From: Yuukianura sp. NJ FZ-2021
Lineage: Eukaryota
Assembly: GCA_046563655.1 (NCBI GenBank)
Contig: CM102283.1
Span: 5,208,001-5,272,000, forward strand
Length of the DNA: 64,000 nt
Direction of reading: 5' to 3'
The notes beneath the pieces were generated by a model. The model saw only the letters and a program-made list of their open reading frames with translations. It was not told where the DNA came from and ran no database searches. The number at the start of each line of letters is the position of its first letter. Position 1 is the first letter of the stretch. The position numbers and the translations under genes are program-made. Positions 30,001 to 42,800 of this stretch are shown in pieces.

Positions 30001-33000
30001 CAAAATAAAAGCTAACCTTTGACACAACAAATGTGACGAAAAATTCTGCTGTAACACGCAAGCAGTGGAGTCAATAGTTGTCTCTAAAGGCTCAGAATCT
30101 AGAATTAAACCTTATATGCAAAAAAAGCCAGTCTTCTATTTTTGCGCGTGTAAGTGGTTTGTAACTGTACAGCCCAGTGTTGAAATCCCCTCACTGTGCG
30201 TCAAAATAAAAGTGAACCATTGACACAACAAATGTGACGAAAAATTCTGCTGTAACACGCAAGCAGTGGTGTCAATAGTTGTCTGTAAAGGCTCAGAATC
30301 CAGAATTAAACCTTAAAATTTGTCAAAAAAAAAGCCAGTCTTCTATTTTTGCGCGTGTAAGTGGTTTGTAACTGTACAGCCCAGTGTTGAAATCCCCTCA
30401 CTGTGCGTCAAAATAAAAGCAAACCTTTGACACAACAAATGTGACGAAAAATTCTGCTGTAACACGCAAGCAGTGGAGTCAATAGTTGTCTGTAAAGGCT
30501 CAGAATCCAGAATTAAACCTTATTTGCAAAAAAAAAGCCAGTCTTCTATTTTTGCGCGTGTAAGTGGTTTGTAACTGTACAGCCCAGTGTTGAAATCCCC
30601 TCACTGTGCGTCAAAATAAAAGTGAACCATTGACACAACAAATGTGACGAAAAATTCTGCTGTAACACGCAAGCAGTGGTGTCAATAGTTGTCTGTAAAG
30701 GCTCAGAATCCAGAATTAAACCTTAAAATTTGCCAAAAAAAAGCCAGTCTTCTATTTTTGCGCGTGTAAGTGGTTTGTAACTGTACAACAAAGTGTTGAA
30801 ATCCCCTCACTGTGCGTCAAAATAAAAGCAAACCATTGACACAACAAATGTGACGAAAAATTCTGCTGTAACACGCAAGCAGTGGAGTCAATAGTTGTCT
30901 GTAAAAGCTCAGAATTTAGAATTAAACCTTAAAATTTGCCAAAAAAAAGCCAGTCTTCTGTTTTTGCACATGTGGTTTTTAACTGTACAGCCCAGTGTTG
31001 AAATCCCCTCACTGTGCGTCAAAATAAAAGCTAACCTTTGACACAACAAATGTGACGAAAAATTCTGCTGTAACACGCAAGCAGTGGAGTCAATAGTTGT
31101 CTCTAAAGGCTCAGAATCTAGAATTAAACCTTATTTGCAAAAAAAAAGCCAGTCTTCTATTTTTGCGCGTGTAAGTGGTTTGTAACTGTACAGCCCAGTG
31201 TTGAAATCCCCTCACTGTGCGTCAAAATAAAAGTGAACCATTGACACAACAAATGTGACGAAAAATTCTGCTGTAACACGCAAGCAGTGGTGTCAATAGT
31301 TGTCTGTAAAGGCTCAGAATCCAGAATTAAACCTTAAAATTTGTCAAAAAAAGCCAGTCTTCTATTTTTGCGCGTGTAAGTGGTTTGTAACTGTACAGCC
31401 CAGTGTTGAAATCCCCTCACTGTGCGTCAAAATAAAAGCAAACCTTTGACACAACAAATGTGACGAAAAATTCTGCTGTAACACGCAAGCAGTGGAGTCA
31501 ATAGTTGTCTCTAAAGGCTCAGAATCTAGAATTAAAGCTTAAAATTTGCCAAAAAAAGCCAGTCTTCTGTTTTTGCACATGTGGTTTTTAACTGTACAGT
31601 CCAGTGTTGAAATCCCCTCACTGTGCGTCAAAATAAAAGTGAACCATTGACACAACAAATGTGACGAAAAATTCTGCTGTAACACGCAAGCAGTGGAGTC
31701 AATAGTTGTCTGTAAAGGCTCAGAATCCAGAATTAAACCTTAAAATTTGCCAAAAAAAAGCCAGTCTTCTATTTTTGCGCGTGTAAGTGGTTTTTAACTG
31801 TACAGCCGAGTGTTGAAATCCCCTCACTGTACGTCAAAATAAAAGCGAACCTTTGACACAACAAATGCAACGAAAAATTCTGCTGTAACACGCAAGCAGT
31901 GGAGTCAATAGTTGTCTGTAAAGGCTCAGAATCTAGAATTAAACCTTATTTGCAAAAAAAAAAGCCAGTCTTCTATTTTTGCACAGCCCAGTGTTGAAAT
32001 CACCTCGCTGTGCGTCAAAATAAAAGCGAACCTTTGACACAACAAATGTGACGAAACATTCTGCTGTAACACGCAAGCAGTGGAGTCAATAGTTGTCTCT
32101 AAAGGCTCAGAATTTAGAATTAAACCTTAAAATTTGCCAAAAAAAGCCAGTCTTCTGTTTTTGCACAGCCCAGTGTTGAAATCACCTCGCTGTGCGTCAA
32201 AATAAAAGCGAACCTTTGACACAACAAATGTGACGAAACATTCTGCTGTAACACGCAAGCAGTGGAGTCAATAGTTGTCTCTAAAGGCTCAGAATCTAGA
32301 ATTAAACCTTATTTGCAAAAAAAAGCCAGTCTTCTATTTTTGCGCGTGTAAGTGGTTTGTAACTGTACAGCCCAGTGTTGAAATCCCCTCACTGTACGTC
32401 AAAATAAAAGCAAACCTTTGACACAACAAATGTGACGAAAAATTCTGCTGTAACACGCAAGCAGTGGAGTCAATAGTTGTCTCTAAAGGCTCAGAATTTA
32501 GAATTAAACCTTAAAATTTGCCAAAAAAAGCCAGTCTTCTGTTTTTGCACAGCCCAGTGTTGAAATCACCTCGCTGTGCGTCAAAATAAAAGCGAACCTT
32601 TGACACAACAAATGTGACGAAACATTCTGCTGTAACACGCAAGCAGTGGAGTCAATAGTTGTCTCTAAAGGCTCAGAATCTAGAATTAAACCTTATTTGC
32701 AAAAAAAGCCAGTCTTCTATTTTTGCGCGTGTAAGTGGTTTGTAACTGTACAGCCCAGTGTTGAAATCCCCTCACTGTGCGTCAAAATAAAAGCAAACCT
32801 TTGACACAACAAATGTGACGAAAAATTCTGCTGTAACACGCAAGCAGTGGAGTCAATAGTTGTCTCTAAAGGCTCAGAATCTAGAATTAAACCTTATTTG
32901 CAAAAAAAAAGCCAGTCTTCTATTTTTGCGCGTGTAAGTGGTTTTTAACTGTACAGCCCAGTGTTGAAATCCCCTCACTGTACGTCAAAATAAAAGCGAA

Positions 33001-36000
33001 CCTTTGACACAACAAATGTGACGAAAAATTCTGCTGTAACACGCAAGCAGTGGAGTCAATAGTTGTCTCTAAAGGCTCAGAATTTAGAATTAAACCTTAA
33101 AATTTGCCAAAAAAAGCCAGTCTTCTGTTTTTGCACAGCCCAGTGTTGAAATCACCTCGCTGTGCGTCAAAATAAAAGCGAACCTTTGACACAACAAATG
33201 TGACGAAACATTCTGCTGTAACACGCAAGCAGTGGAGTCAATAGTTGTCTCTAAAGGCTCAGAATCTAGAATTAAACCTTATTTGCAAAAAAAGCCAGTC
33301 TTCTATTTTTGCGCGTGTAAGTGGTTTGTAACTGTACAGCCCAGTGTTGAAATCCCCTCACTGTGCGTCAAAATAAAAGCAAACCTTTGACACAACAAAT
33401 GTGACGAAAAATTCTGCTGTAACACGCAAGCAGTGGAGTCAATAGTTGTCTCTAAAGGCTCAGAATCTAGAATTAAACCTTATTTGCAAAAAAAAGCCAG
33501 TCTTCTATTTTTGCGCGTGTAAGTGGTTTTTAACTGTACAGCCCAGTGTTGAAATCCCCTCACTGTACGTCAAAATAAAAGCAAACCATTGACACAACAA
33601 ATGTGACGAAAAATTCTGCTGTAACACGCAAGCAGTGGAGTCAATAGTTGTCTGTAAAAGCTCAGAATTTAGAATTAAACCTTAAAATTTGCCAAAAAAA
33701 AGCCAGTCTTCTGTTTTTGCACATGTGGTTTTTAACTGTACAGCCCAGTGTTGAAATCCCCTCAGTGTGCGTCAAAATAAAAGCTAACCTTTGACACAAC
33801 AAATGTGACGAAAAATTCTGCTGTAACACGCAAGCAGTGGAGTCAATAGTTGTCTCTAAAGGCTCAGAATCTAGAATTAAACCTTATTTGCAAAAAAAAA
33901 GCCAGTCTTCTATTTTTGCGCGTGTAAGTGGTTTGTAACTGTACAGCCCAGTGTTGAAATCCCCTCACTGTGCGTCAAAATAAAAGTGAACCATTGACAC
34001 AACAAATGTGACGAAAAATTCTGCTGTAACACGCAAGCAGTGGTGTCAATAGTTGTCTGTAAAGGCTCAGAATCCAGAATTAAACCTTAAAATTTGTCAA
34101 AAAAAGCCAGTCTTCTATTTTTGCGCGTGTAAGTGGTTTGTAACTGTACAGCCCAGTGTTGAAATCCCCTCACTGTGCGTCAAAATAAAAGCAAACCTTT
34201 GACACAACAAATGTGACGAAAAATTCTGCTGTAACACGCAAGCAGTGGAGTCAATAGCTGTCTCTAAAGGCTCAGAATCTAGAATTAAAGCTTAAAATTT
34301 GCCAAAAAAAGCCAGTCTTCTGTTTTTGCACATGTGGTTTTTAACTGTACAGTCCAGTGTTGAAATCCCCTCACTGTGCGTCAAAATAAAAGTGAACCAT
34401 TGACACAACAAATGTGACGAAAAATTCTGCTGTAACACGCAAGCAGTGGAGTCAATAGTTGTCTCTAAAGGCTCAGAATCTAGAATTAAAGCTTAAAATT
34501 TGCCAAAAAAAGCCAGTCTTCTGTTTTTGCACATGTGGTTTTTAACTGTACAGTCCAGTGTTGAAATCCCCTCACTGTGCGTCAAAATAAAAGTGAACCA
34601 TTGACACAACAAATGTGACGAAAAATTCTGCTGTAACACGCAAGCAGTGGAGTCAATAGTTGTCTGTAAAGGCTCAGAATCCAGAATTAAACCTTAAAAT
34701 TTGCCAAAAAAAAAGCCAGTCTTCTATTTTTGCGCGTGTAAGTGGTTTTTAACTGTACAGCCGAGTGTTGAAATCCCCTCACTGTACGTCAAAATAAAAG
34801 CGAACCTTTGACACAACAAATGCAACGAAAAATTCTGCTGTAACACGCAAGCAGTGGAGTCAATAGTTGTCTGTAAAGGCTCAGAATCTAGAATTAAACC
34901 TTATTTGCAAAAAAAAGCCAGTCTTCTATTTTTGCACAGCCCAGTGTTGAAATCACCTCGCTGTGCGTCAAAATAAAAGCGAACCTTTGACACAACAAAT
35001 GTGACGAAACATTCTGCTGTAACACGCAAGCAGTGGAGTCAATAGTTGTCTCTAAAGGCTCAGAATTTAGAATTAAACCTTAAAATTTGCCAAAAAAAGC
35101 CAGTCTTCTGTTTTTGCACAGCCCAGTGTTGAAATCACCTCGCTGTGCGTCAAAATAAAAGCGAACCTTTGACACAACAAATGTGACGAAACATTCTGCT
35201 GTAACACGCAAGCAGTGGAGTCAATAGTTGTCTCTAAAGGCTCAGAATCTAGAATTAAACCTTATTTGCAAAAAAAAGCCAGTCTTCTATTTTTGCGCGT
35301 GTAAGTGGTTTGTAACTGTACAGCCCAGTGTTGAAATCCCCTCACTGTACGTCAAAATAAAAGCAAACCTTTGACACAACAAATGTGACGAAAAATTCTG
35401 CTGTAACACGCAAGCAGTGGAGTCAATAGTTGTCTCTAAAGGCTCAGAATTTAGAATTAAACCTTAAAATTTGCCAAAAAAAGCCAGTCTTCTGTTTTTG
35501 CACAGCCCAGTGTTGAAATCACCTCGCTGTGCGTCAAAATAAAAGCGAACCTTTGACACAACAAATGTGACGAAACATTCTGCTGTAACACGCAAGCAGT
35601 GGAGTCAATAGTTGTCTCTAAAGGCTCAGAATCTAGAATTAAACCTTATTTGCAAAAAAAGCCAGTCTTCTATTTTTGCGCGTGTAAGTGGTTTGTAACT
35701 GTACAGCCCAGTGTTGAAATCCCCTCACTGTGCGTCAAAATAAAAGCAAACCTTTGACACAACAAATGTGACGAAAAATTCTGCTGTAACACGCAAGCAG
35801 TGGAGTCAATAGTTGTCTCTAAAGGCTCAGAATCTAGAATTAAACCTTATTTGCAAAAAAAAGCCAGTCTTCTATTTTTGCGCGTGTAAGTGGTTTTTAA
35901 CTGTACAGCCCAGTGTTGAAATCCCCTCACTGTACGTCAAAATAAAAGCGAACCTTTGACACAACAAATGTGACGAAAAATTCTGCTGTAACACGCAAGC

Positions 36001-36597
36001 AGTGGAGTCAATAGTTGTCTCTAAAGGCTCAGAATTTAGAATTAAACCTTAAAATTTGCCAAAAAAAGCCAGTCTTCTGTTTTTGCACAGCCCAGTGTTG
36101 AAATCACCTCGCTGTGCGTCAAAATAAAAGCGAACCTTTGACACAACAAATGTGACGAAACATTCTGCTGTAACACGCAAGCAGTGGAGTCAATAGTTGT
36201 CTCTAAAGGCTCAGAATCTAGAATTAAACCTTATTTGCAAAAAAAAGCCAGTCTTCTATTTTTGCGCGTGTAAGTGGTTTGTAACTGTACAGCCCAGTGT
36301 TGAAATCCCCTCACTGTGCGTCAAAATAAAAGCAAACCTTTGACACAACAAATGTGACGAAAAATTCTGCTGTAACACGCAAGCAGTGGAGTCAATAGTT
36401 GTCTCTAAAGGCTCAGAATCTAGAATTAAACCTTATTTGCAAAAAAAGCCAGTCTTCTATTTTTGCGCGTGTAAGTGGTTTTTAACTGTACAGCCCAGTG
36501 TTGAAATCCCCTCACTGTACGTCAAAATAAAAGCGAACCTTTGACACAACAAATGTGACGAAAAATTCTGCTGTAACACGCAAGCAGTGGAGTCAAT
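1..36597. repeat. Tandem satellite DNA array, ~182/201/205-bp monomers (continues beyond the left edge of the window)
   Basis: First monomer is 1-182 (ctgtaaaggctcagaat...gcagtggagtcaatcgttgt) and the second is 183-383 (201 bp). Length classes come from a 19-bp (atgtggtttttaactgtac) or 23-bp (gcgtgtaagtggtttgtaactgt) segment before acagccc, plus poly-A length variation. All copies are co-oriented and highly similar. The last copy stops after ...gcagtggagtcaat at 36597. Confidence 0.99.
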
Positions 36598-37094
36598 TCA
36601 TAAACAGAAAATTCAGAAACGAGATGTGGCCTGGCATCTTGTTGTCTAAATTACGTATTTTCTCAGATATGCAAACCCATTGATCTTGCCCAGTCAGGGA
36701 AACTGGTCATGTGCAGAGACAAAGTGTTTTATTAAAATATTTTTAGATTGTATTATACAATACTATTTATGAATTTAACTCTCATTCTTTGTGTTAAACT
36801 TTTGAAAATGTAGCATTGTGAATTATTCGTGCCTATAAGACCATAGTCTCAGCGTGCCCCATTTCCAGAAACTGATTTGAAGTCGAGCGGGAAAATTTTT
36901 TACAAAATTTTTTTCTTCCGCAAATTCAAAAACAACAACAATAAAAAATGAAAATTAGCATTTGCTCTGCCTTTTTGTCAATTAGGTTCCTGTTTGTTTT
37001 TTAAATTGATTTTTTTAAACGATTCTTAACTAATCACAAGTGGATTAATTGAAGTTGTCAATTACTGGTTCCGTAGTCCAACTGCGTTCAGTAG

Positions 37095-37499
<405 letters not shown>

Positions 37500-38119
37500 C
37501 ATGGAGTAATCCTGCTTGCCCCTTTCGGTTAAGTCACTCTGACATCTTGTTCTGCTCTACATATTTAGAACTATTTAGCATTTAGCTTCGGCAGTTTTGG
37601 TACTGGACACTTTGTATTTTGATTTACTTCTACCCGATCTGTCGATTATCTTGGTAACATCTTAGCCATGTAAATTTTGTAAATAATTTATAAACTTAAA
37701 CCTATTATGATTAGGTCTTTCACTTGATGTGTTTTGAAGTAGCTTTAAATTAAATCCAGTTCTATATAATAAAAATGTTGAATTATTGGGTCATCGGGTT
37801 CAAAAAAATGTTTTTCAGAAAAAGTAGTGCCTAGGTAGTATAAAAGCATAAGCATAACTCTGTTAGCTAATTCCTACTTTTAGGCACTTTTATATGAGTT
37901 ATGGCGGACTGCACGTCCATTGTTTTCCTTCATTACAAACTGGCTAAACGGATCAGAAACATTTGGAAACAGCCCTATTTGGAAAATTATCTTGAAAGCA
38001 GCAGATTTTTACGAAAATTCTTCAGACCGATTTGAAAAGTTTGAGTAACTAGGAGCTGTTGGACAATTATTTTGACTTTACTAATTTTGTTGAGGGTTTG
38101 TGTGTTATTGGAGTTTGCG

Positions 38120-39016
38120 ATGATGACCTTAAGGACCTCGATGTCGTTGATGTCCATTGTTGGGGTAAGTGTCTTAACTTAGGTTAATGTCAAAATAGTT
38201 TGAGGGCCTAATTTTTTAATAACCTCTGACCTGTCTTAATTCAGATGGCTGGTGTGGCTACACTGATTGGCTGTGGGGTTGTAGAAGTTATCGTCATCGG
38301 CATCATCTCGGAATTAGCATCACCAATGTCACCAACTTCTGTGATTTGGATTGGGAAGACTTTGCCTTTGATCTTCCTCATTCAAATACTTGGTCTATTA
38401 TTCCTATTGTTTGACATCATTCGACTCCTTGAAGCTGAATCTGACCTGCAGCGTATTGAAGAAGAAGATGAACTCCTGCTTCTTGGAGATGAGGTCCGAC
38501 TTCTTCAAGATGAGGTCCGACGTGTTCAAGATGATGTCCAACGCGTTAATCTTCGGCTCCAAATTCTCAACCAACTTGTAAATGTAAGTTCTCAGTTCAT
38601 GTAATAACGTCAAAAAGTGAAAAGGTCGAGAAGCGAAAAGGTCAAAAAGTGAGATCAAACATAAGAAAACCGTAGTAGGTCATTAGCGCGAGTTCAGTAC
38701 TTCTGAATTGTTGTTGCCACTTCGAGGTGGCAACAACATTGGAAATGAACCTTATTGAAGTGTAAGATTACGATTTGCTAAAATGGTGGGTTAGGTTTCA
38801 TTGGGATGTAGATGTTGTGTTGTGAACTTGAGGAATTCGGGCTTATTGTGTTCGTGCTACATGGCTTGGAGGAACCAAATACACCTTTACGGTTGACATT
38901 CTCATTGTTTGATCGAATTATTTTGACCGTTTCACCTGGTTAGTTCAGTGCTGGAGCTGCTCTATTTAATTAGGTAATTCATTTTCCAGGAGTACTACAG
39001 CAGGAAGCGTGGGTGA
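38120..39016 (+). CDS. Hypothetical spliced membrane protein with two hydrophobic segments and a coiled-coil tail (orphan candidate)
   Basis: The ORF at 38245 is preceded by a ttcag acceptor and interrupted by a gtaagt donor at 38584 (339-nt phase-0 exon). An upstream exon MMTLRTSMSLMSIVG ends at a gtaagt donor at 38165. A possible last exon from 38990 (ttccag) gives EYYSRKRG*. Hydrophobic stretches VVEVIVIGII and LPLIFLIQILGLLFLLFDII are followed by heptads DEVRLLQ/DEVRRVQ/DDVQRVN. No family recognised; first and last exons are uncertain. Confidence 0.45.
38608..38940. mobile_element. Degraded foldback/MITE-like remnant
   Basis: Imperfect inverted repeats: gaaaaggtcaaaaagtgagatcaaacataagaaaaccgta (~38635-38675) versus the reverse complement of ~38883-38935 (gtgaaacggtcaaaataattcgatcaaacaatgagaatgtcaaccgtaaaggt). 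Left arm has aaaaggtc subrepeats; an internal palindrome lies at 38709-38738. No TSD identified. Confidence 0.45.
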
Positions 39017-39149
39017 AGAAGAACCATGGAGGATGGGCACACTGGATTTCAGTGGTATTTATGAAAAGAATTACGCACAGTCTTCAGTTTACACCTAACA
39101 ATTACTACTTTGAAAATGTAATTTATAAATCGTAAAATGTAGTAAATCA

Positions 39150-39358
39150 GATATGGAGTTACAATGTGTCCGTCCAGGTTTAAGTCAACCGGATTTGGTA
39201 AATAATTTATAAACTTAAACTTTTCTGAATAGGTCTCTCTTATTCATGTTGCGTTTCGGAGTGACTTAAATTAAATCCAATGAAAATGTTGAATCTTCGG
39301 TTCTTCGTTTTCGAAAACGTTTTACAAAGAAAAATGCCTCGCAGTATGAAACAATAAC
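39150..39358 (+). repeat. Diverged duplicate of the RPB10 3' UTR/terminator region (37501-37860)
   Basis: Collinear shared blocks: atggagt...taagtca (37501/39153), the identical 23-mer gtaaataatttataaacttaaac (37679/39198), taggtct, ttaaattaaatcca, aaaatgttgaat, tgcct...agtat. Confidence 0.8.
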
Positions 39359-39835
39359 GAATTTCTTTTAGAAAAGTGATTTGTACAGTCAGCGTAAACA
39401 ACACAACGCTTATGAAAGGTTTGTAGGTATTTTATTCATAATTGAGTTTAAGTTTAACTAAAAAATGACAAGTTTTGACAGTTGTGGATTCATGGGTAGT
39501 TTATTGAATTAGTTCCATAGTAATTGAATGTTGATCATACAGTGAAGAGTTGCTTTCCGTCGTGCCCTTCACCCAACCAACCGCCAAGTCTTCGATTACT
39601 AAATATACAACCAAGGATAGGTACTGGCTAAAAGAAAGTGGAAAATATTTAGCAAGTTCAGTTATACTAATGTGTCAATGTCAGTAGTCTATTGTTCTCC
39701 CTCTCAAGGGAGATCCATCTTCAGAGAGGGTAATTCAGAAAATCGGGTATTTTTCGGGCATTCAAGTGGTATGGGTTAGGACGTCGGGCAATTCATGGGG
39801 CCACCTAACTTCTACTAAAAGTGTTCACGTTCTCT

Positions 39836-42800
39836 TCATTTTCTGTTTCCATGCTGGGCTCTCGTGAGGGAGTTGCCAAGAACACTGGGATTCGGGCCTT
39901 GGACCTGCAAAGAACAACACCAAAATTGTTAGCTCAGAGATATGCTGAACTGTAACGATGAATACCGTGTTTTCGAGGACAACAAAAATTGGCACTCACT
40001 TGGGAGTTGTTATACGGCGGTTGAAATTGGATTCCATAGTGTGGGGTTGATGGCGGGACTTGCATTGGGAGTGAGCCGCCTTGCGGATTCTGCTGCTGTG
40101 GATATCCTTGGTTTACTCCAGTCCCGGTAGCATAGTACGAAGACAGGCCTTGCATTGGTGGGGTTCCAGATGGCGGTGGACCTCCTCCGGTTCGAAGACT
40201 GTAGTTTCCGCCTAGATTCATCATGGACTGAGGATTCGGTTCAAAGGGTATGTAAAGTTGAGGCTAAACAAACAAAAAGCATTACTATCGCATTCCAAAC
40301 TTATGCTTCGGTAATTAAATCACCGAGGATATATACTTTTACTTTATATGTGGGAGAATACCTGAGTCTGTGGTTGAAGTGGCTGTTGAGAATATGGAGT
40401 TTTCTGCGGACCAATCGGCGTCAGATGAGGGTGGGGTAGATGGTGGGTCATTTGTGAGAACGGCTGTTGATTGTTTTGGTGGAGGAGGGAGGGATGTGTA
40501 TGAGAAGTGGGGTTCCGCACTTGGACAGTTTTGAAAGCGTTGTTTCCAGGGGGTGCGGATGTGGAGTTCATCATTCCAGGGGAAGGGAGTGGATGTCCAG
40601 TGGCGGAAGTTGGAGGAAGTCCTGGAGATATGCGGTTGTTGGATTGGAGTTGGAGCGATGCTGGGGGTTGTGGAGGTCCAGAGTGAGTGGCATAAGGCCC
40701 AAAGTTCTCGTAAGGTTGAAGAAAGAGTGAGCTTCCGTAGGGATTCCCTCCACCTCCACCCATGTTTGTGTAGTTTCCATACTGGGAATGACTGCGTCCA
40801 GCTCCACTCAAGACCTGAAATATTACATTCATTATGCCAATGTCACAAATTACCCCAACGAGCATCTAAGAACATTGAGGTCAAAGTTGTACCAAGTTAA
40901 GCAATTGTACATCCATGGTAAGACTTACATGAGCGCTATCATGGGGATTGAATGGTTGGTAGAGCTGTGATTTTTGGGCGTAGAGTGAGGGCGGCGACGG
41001 AACTCCTCCGATCGGTCCAAAAGCATTTGCACCGTATCCAAATGGTGAGAAGGACATTGGCCCGTGACTCTGCTGCTGTTGTTGTTGCTGTTGTGACTCT
41101 AGTGACATTTGTTGTTGTTGTTGGATGGTCTTCATCTGTGGGTGTTGCTGCCTGTTGAGTCCTGTGGGACTGCCGCTTGACACTGGCTTGGCGATGACCG
41201 AGACTGAAGCAGGGACTTGAGAAACCTGGAATCCATTAGTCCCTTGAGGTTGGCCCATATTGCCCAGACTCCTCTGCATTTGTGCCAAGTGATAAGGCTG
41301 TGTATGATCCTGCTTGTCTGCCTGACGACTGTAGTTAAGTCCACCATCGCCCTCTTGTCCAAAGGTTGGTAGCGGTGATGAATCCTGTGCCCCTTCAGAT
41401 AGTGGCGGTGTATCCCATAGGCTGCGCAGTCCTTGCAGCGACTCAGGGAGATCTGAAGTTTGAAGCGGACTTATCCTACGACCACTCCGGTACTCTTCCT
41501 GGTGAACATGCGTGTAAGATCGAGTAGTTTGTTGATGAAACAAAGGACCACTTTTCGGTTCTCGTTCCTCTCCAAACCCAGTTCCAAAGTCCAATTTCAC
41601 GGGAGACGACTCCTTTGGGAAGGGAAGTGCCCCTTGCACATTTAAATCCAAACCTTGATCAAGTTTTTTCTCTGGACCAACTCCCAAACCACCACTGGGA
41701 GAATAAGAGTTTCGTTCATCAGCCTTCAGGAGTTGCTGCGACTGTAGCAGTGTTGGAAGACTCTTTCCGGGTTGTTGCTGAGGCTCCGACATTTTGAGTT
41801 TTGTGTTTTCGAAAACCATGGTTGGAACAACTCCAAGCTCTGCAAGCGGTTCAGTGGTGGTGGGCGGAATAGGAGTAGCTTGAGTCTGCGGTTGTGGTTG
41901 ATGAACAGCTTCTTTGGCCTTTTCTCCCTCTACTCCAGATCCAGTAGTATTCGAAGACTCCTCTGATTGAGGCTTGGAGTTTTTGGACCATCTTGATGAG
42001 GAGTCTTGTTCATCATTGTCTCCCTTCCGCATTCCTTTTCCACTTGGTTTAGTATTGTTGGGTTGAGACTTTTGCACTCGCTCTCGATCTCGTTGGGATG
42101 GTGGGAAGCTCCGTTGGAAGCGAGGTGGACGCCCGTAGTCATGGCGATTCCGAAGAGGGAGGTCAGGGGGTGAAATCTCTCCAAGAGCCATCAGGGGAAC
42201 GGGGCCGGAAGTTGGAAGCGGAATGGAAAGGCGGGTAGAGTGTGGATTCATGTCCTTTTTCTCCTTCTCTTTTCTTTCTTCTTCAGGCTAAGATAGAAAT
42301 TCAGAAATTATTGACAAAGTTACTCCGGTATTTCGTACTTTCACAAACAAAAGTAAGGTTCTTCTAACTTTAGCATGTGCTCAAGTTACACGTTCTGATT
42401 TGCACAAATTCTACTCACCTCTTTGTTTGTACTGGTGGAAAAGGGACTACGATCGGAAGGAGGTCCATAACCTTGAAGTCGTGATGTTCCACCACCTCTT
42501 CCACCTCCGTGTGAATGCGACGATGCATTTCGCTTTGTTCCAGACGGTGACTTGTTCCCTGCTCCTCCTCGCCTAAACTCTCCACCAGAATCAACTTCTG
42601 GCCTTCTGTTGTTATCAGTTTTGGTAGTAACGTCCTTGGGAAGAGGCTCTTCTTCATCCTTGTGTTGCTGCTGCCGTCCACCACCCCGACGATCGCGTTG
42701 CTGTTTCTCATTCCTCTCATTCCATCCGGATCCCTGACGTCGGCCTTCTTCTGAAACTGGAGCTTTCCCCTTTACTTCCTCAATCTGAACACCAAAATCC

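Noticed and set aside
40..36450. Variable poly-A run length after ttgcc/ttgc as an information-bearing feature
   Set aside because: Homopolymer slippage or long-read consensus error explains it.
1..36597. CRISPR-like repeat/spacer reading of the array
   Set aside because: No unique spacers, unit far too long, eukaryotic context, no cas genes.
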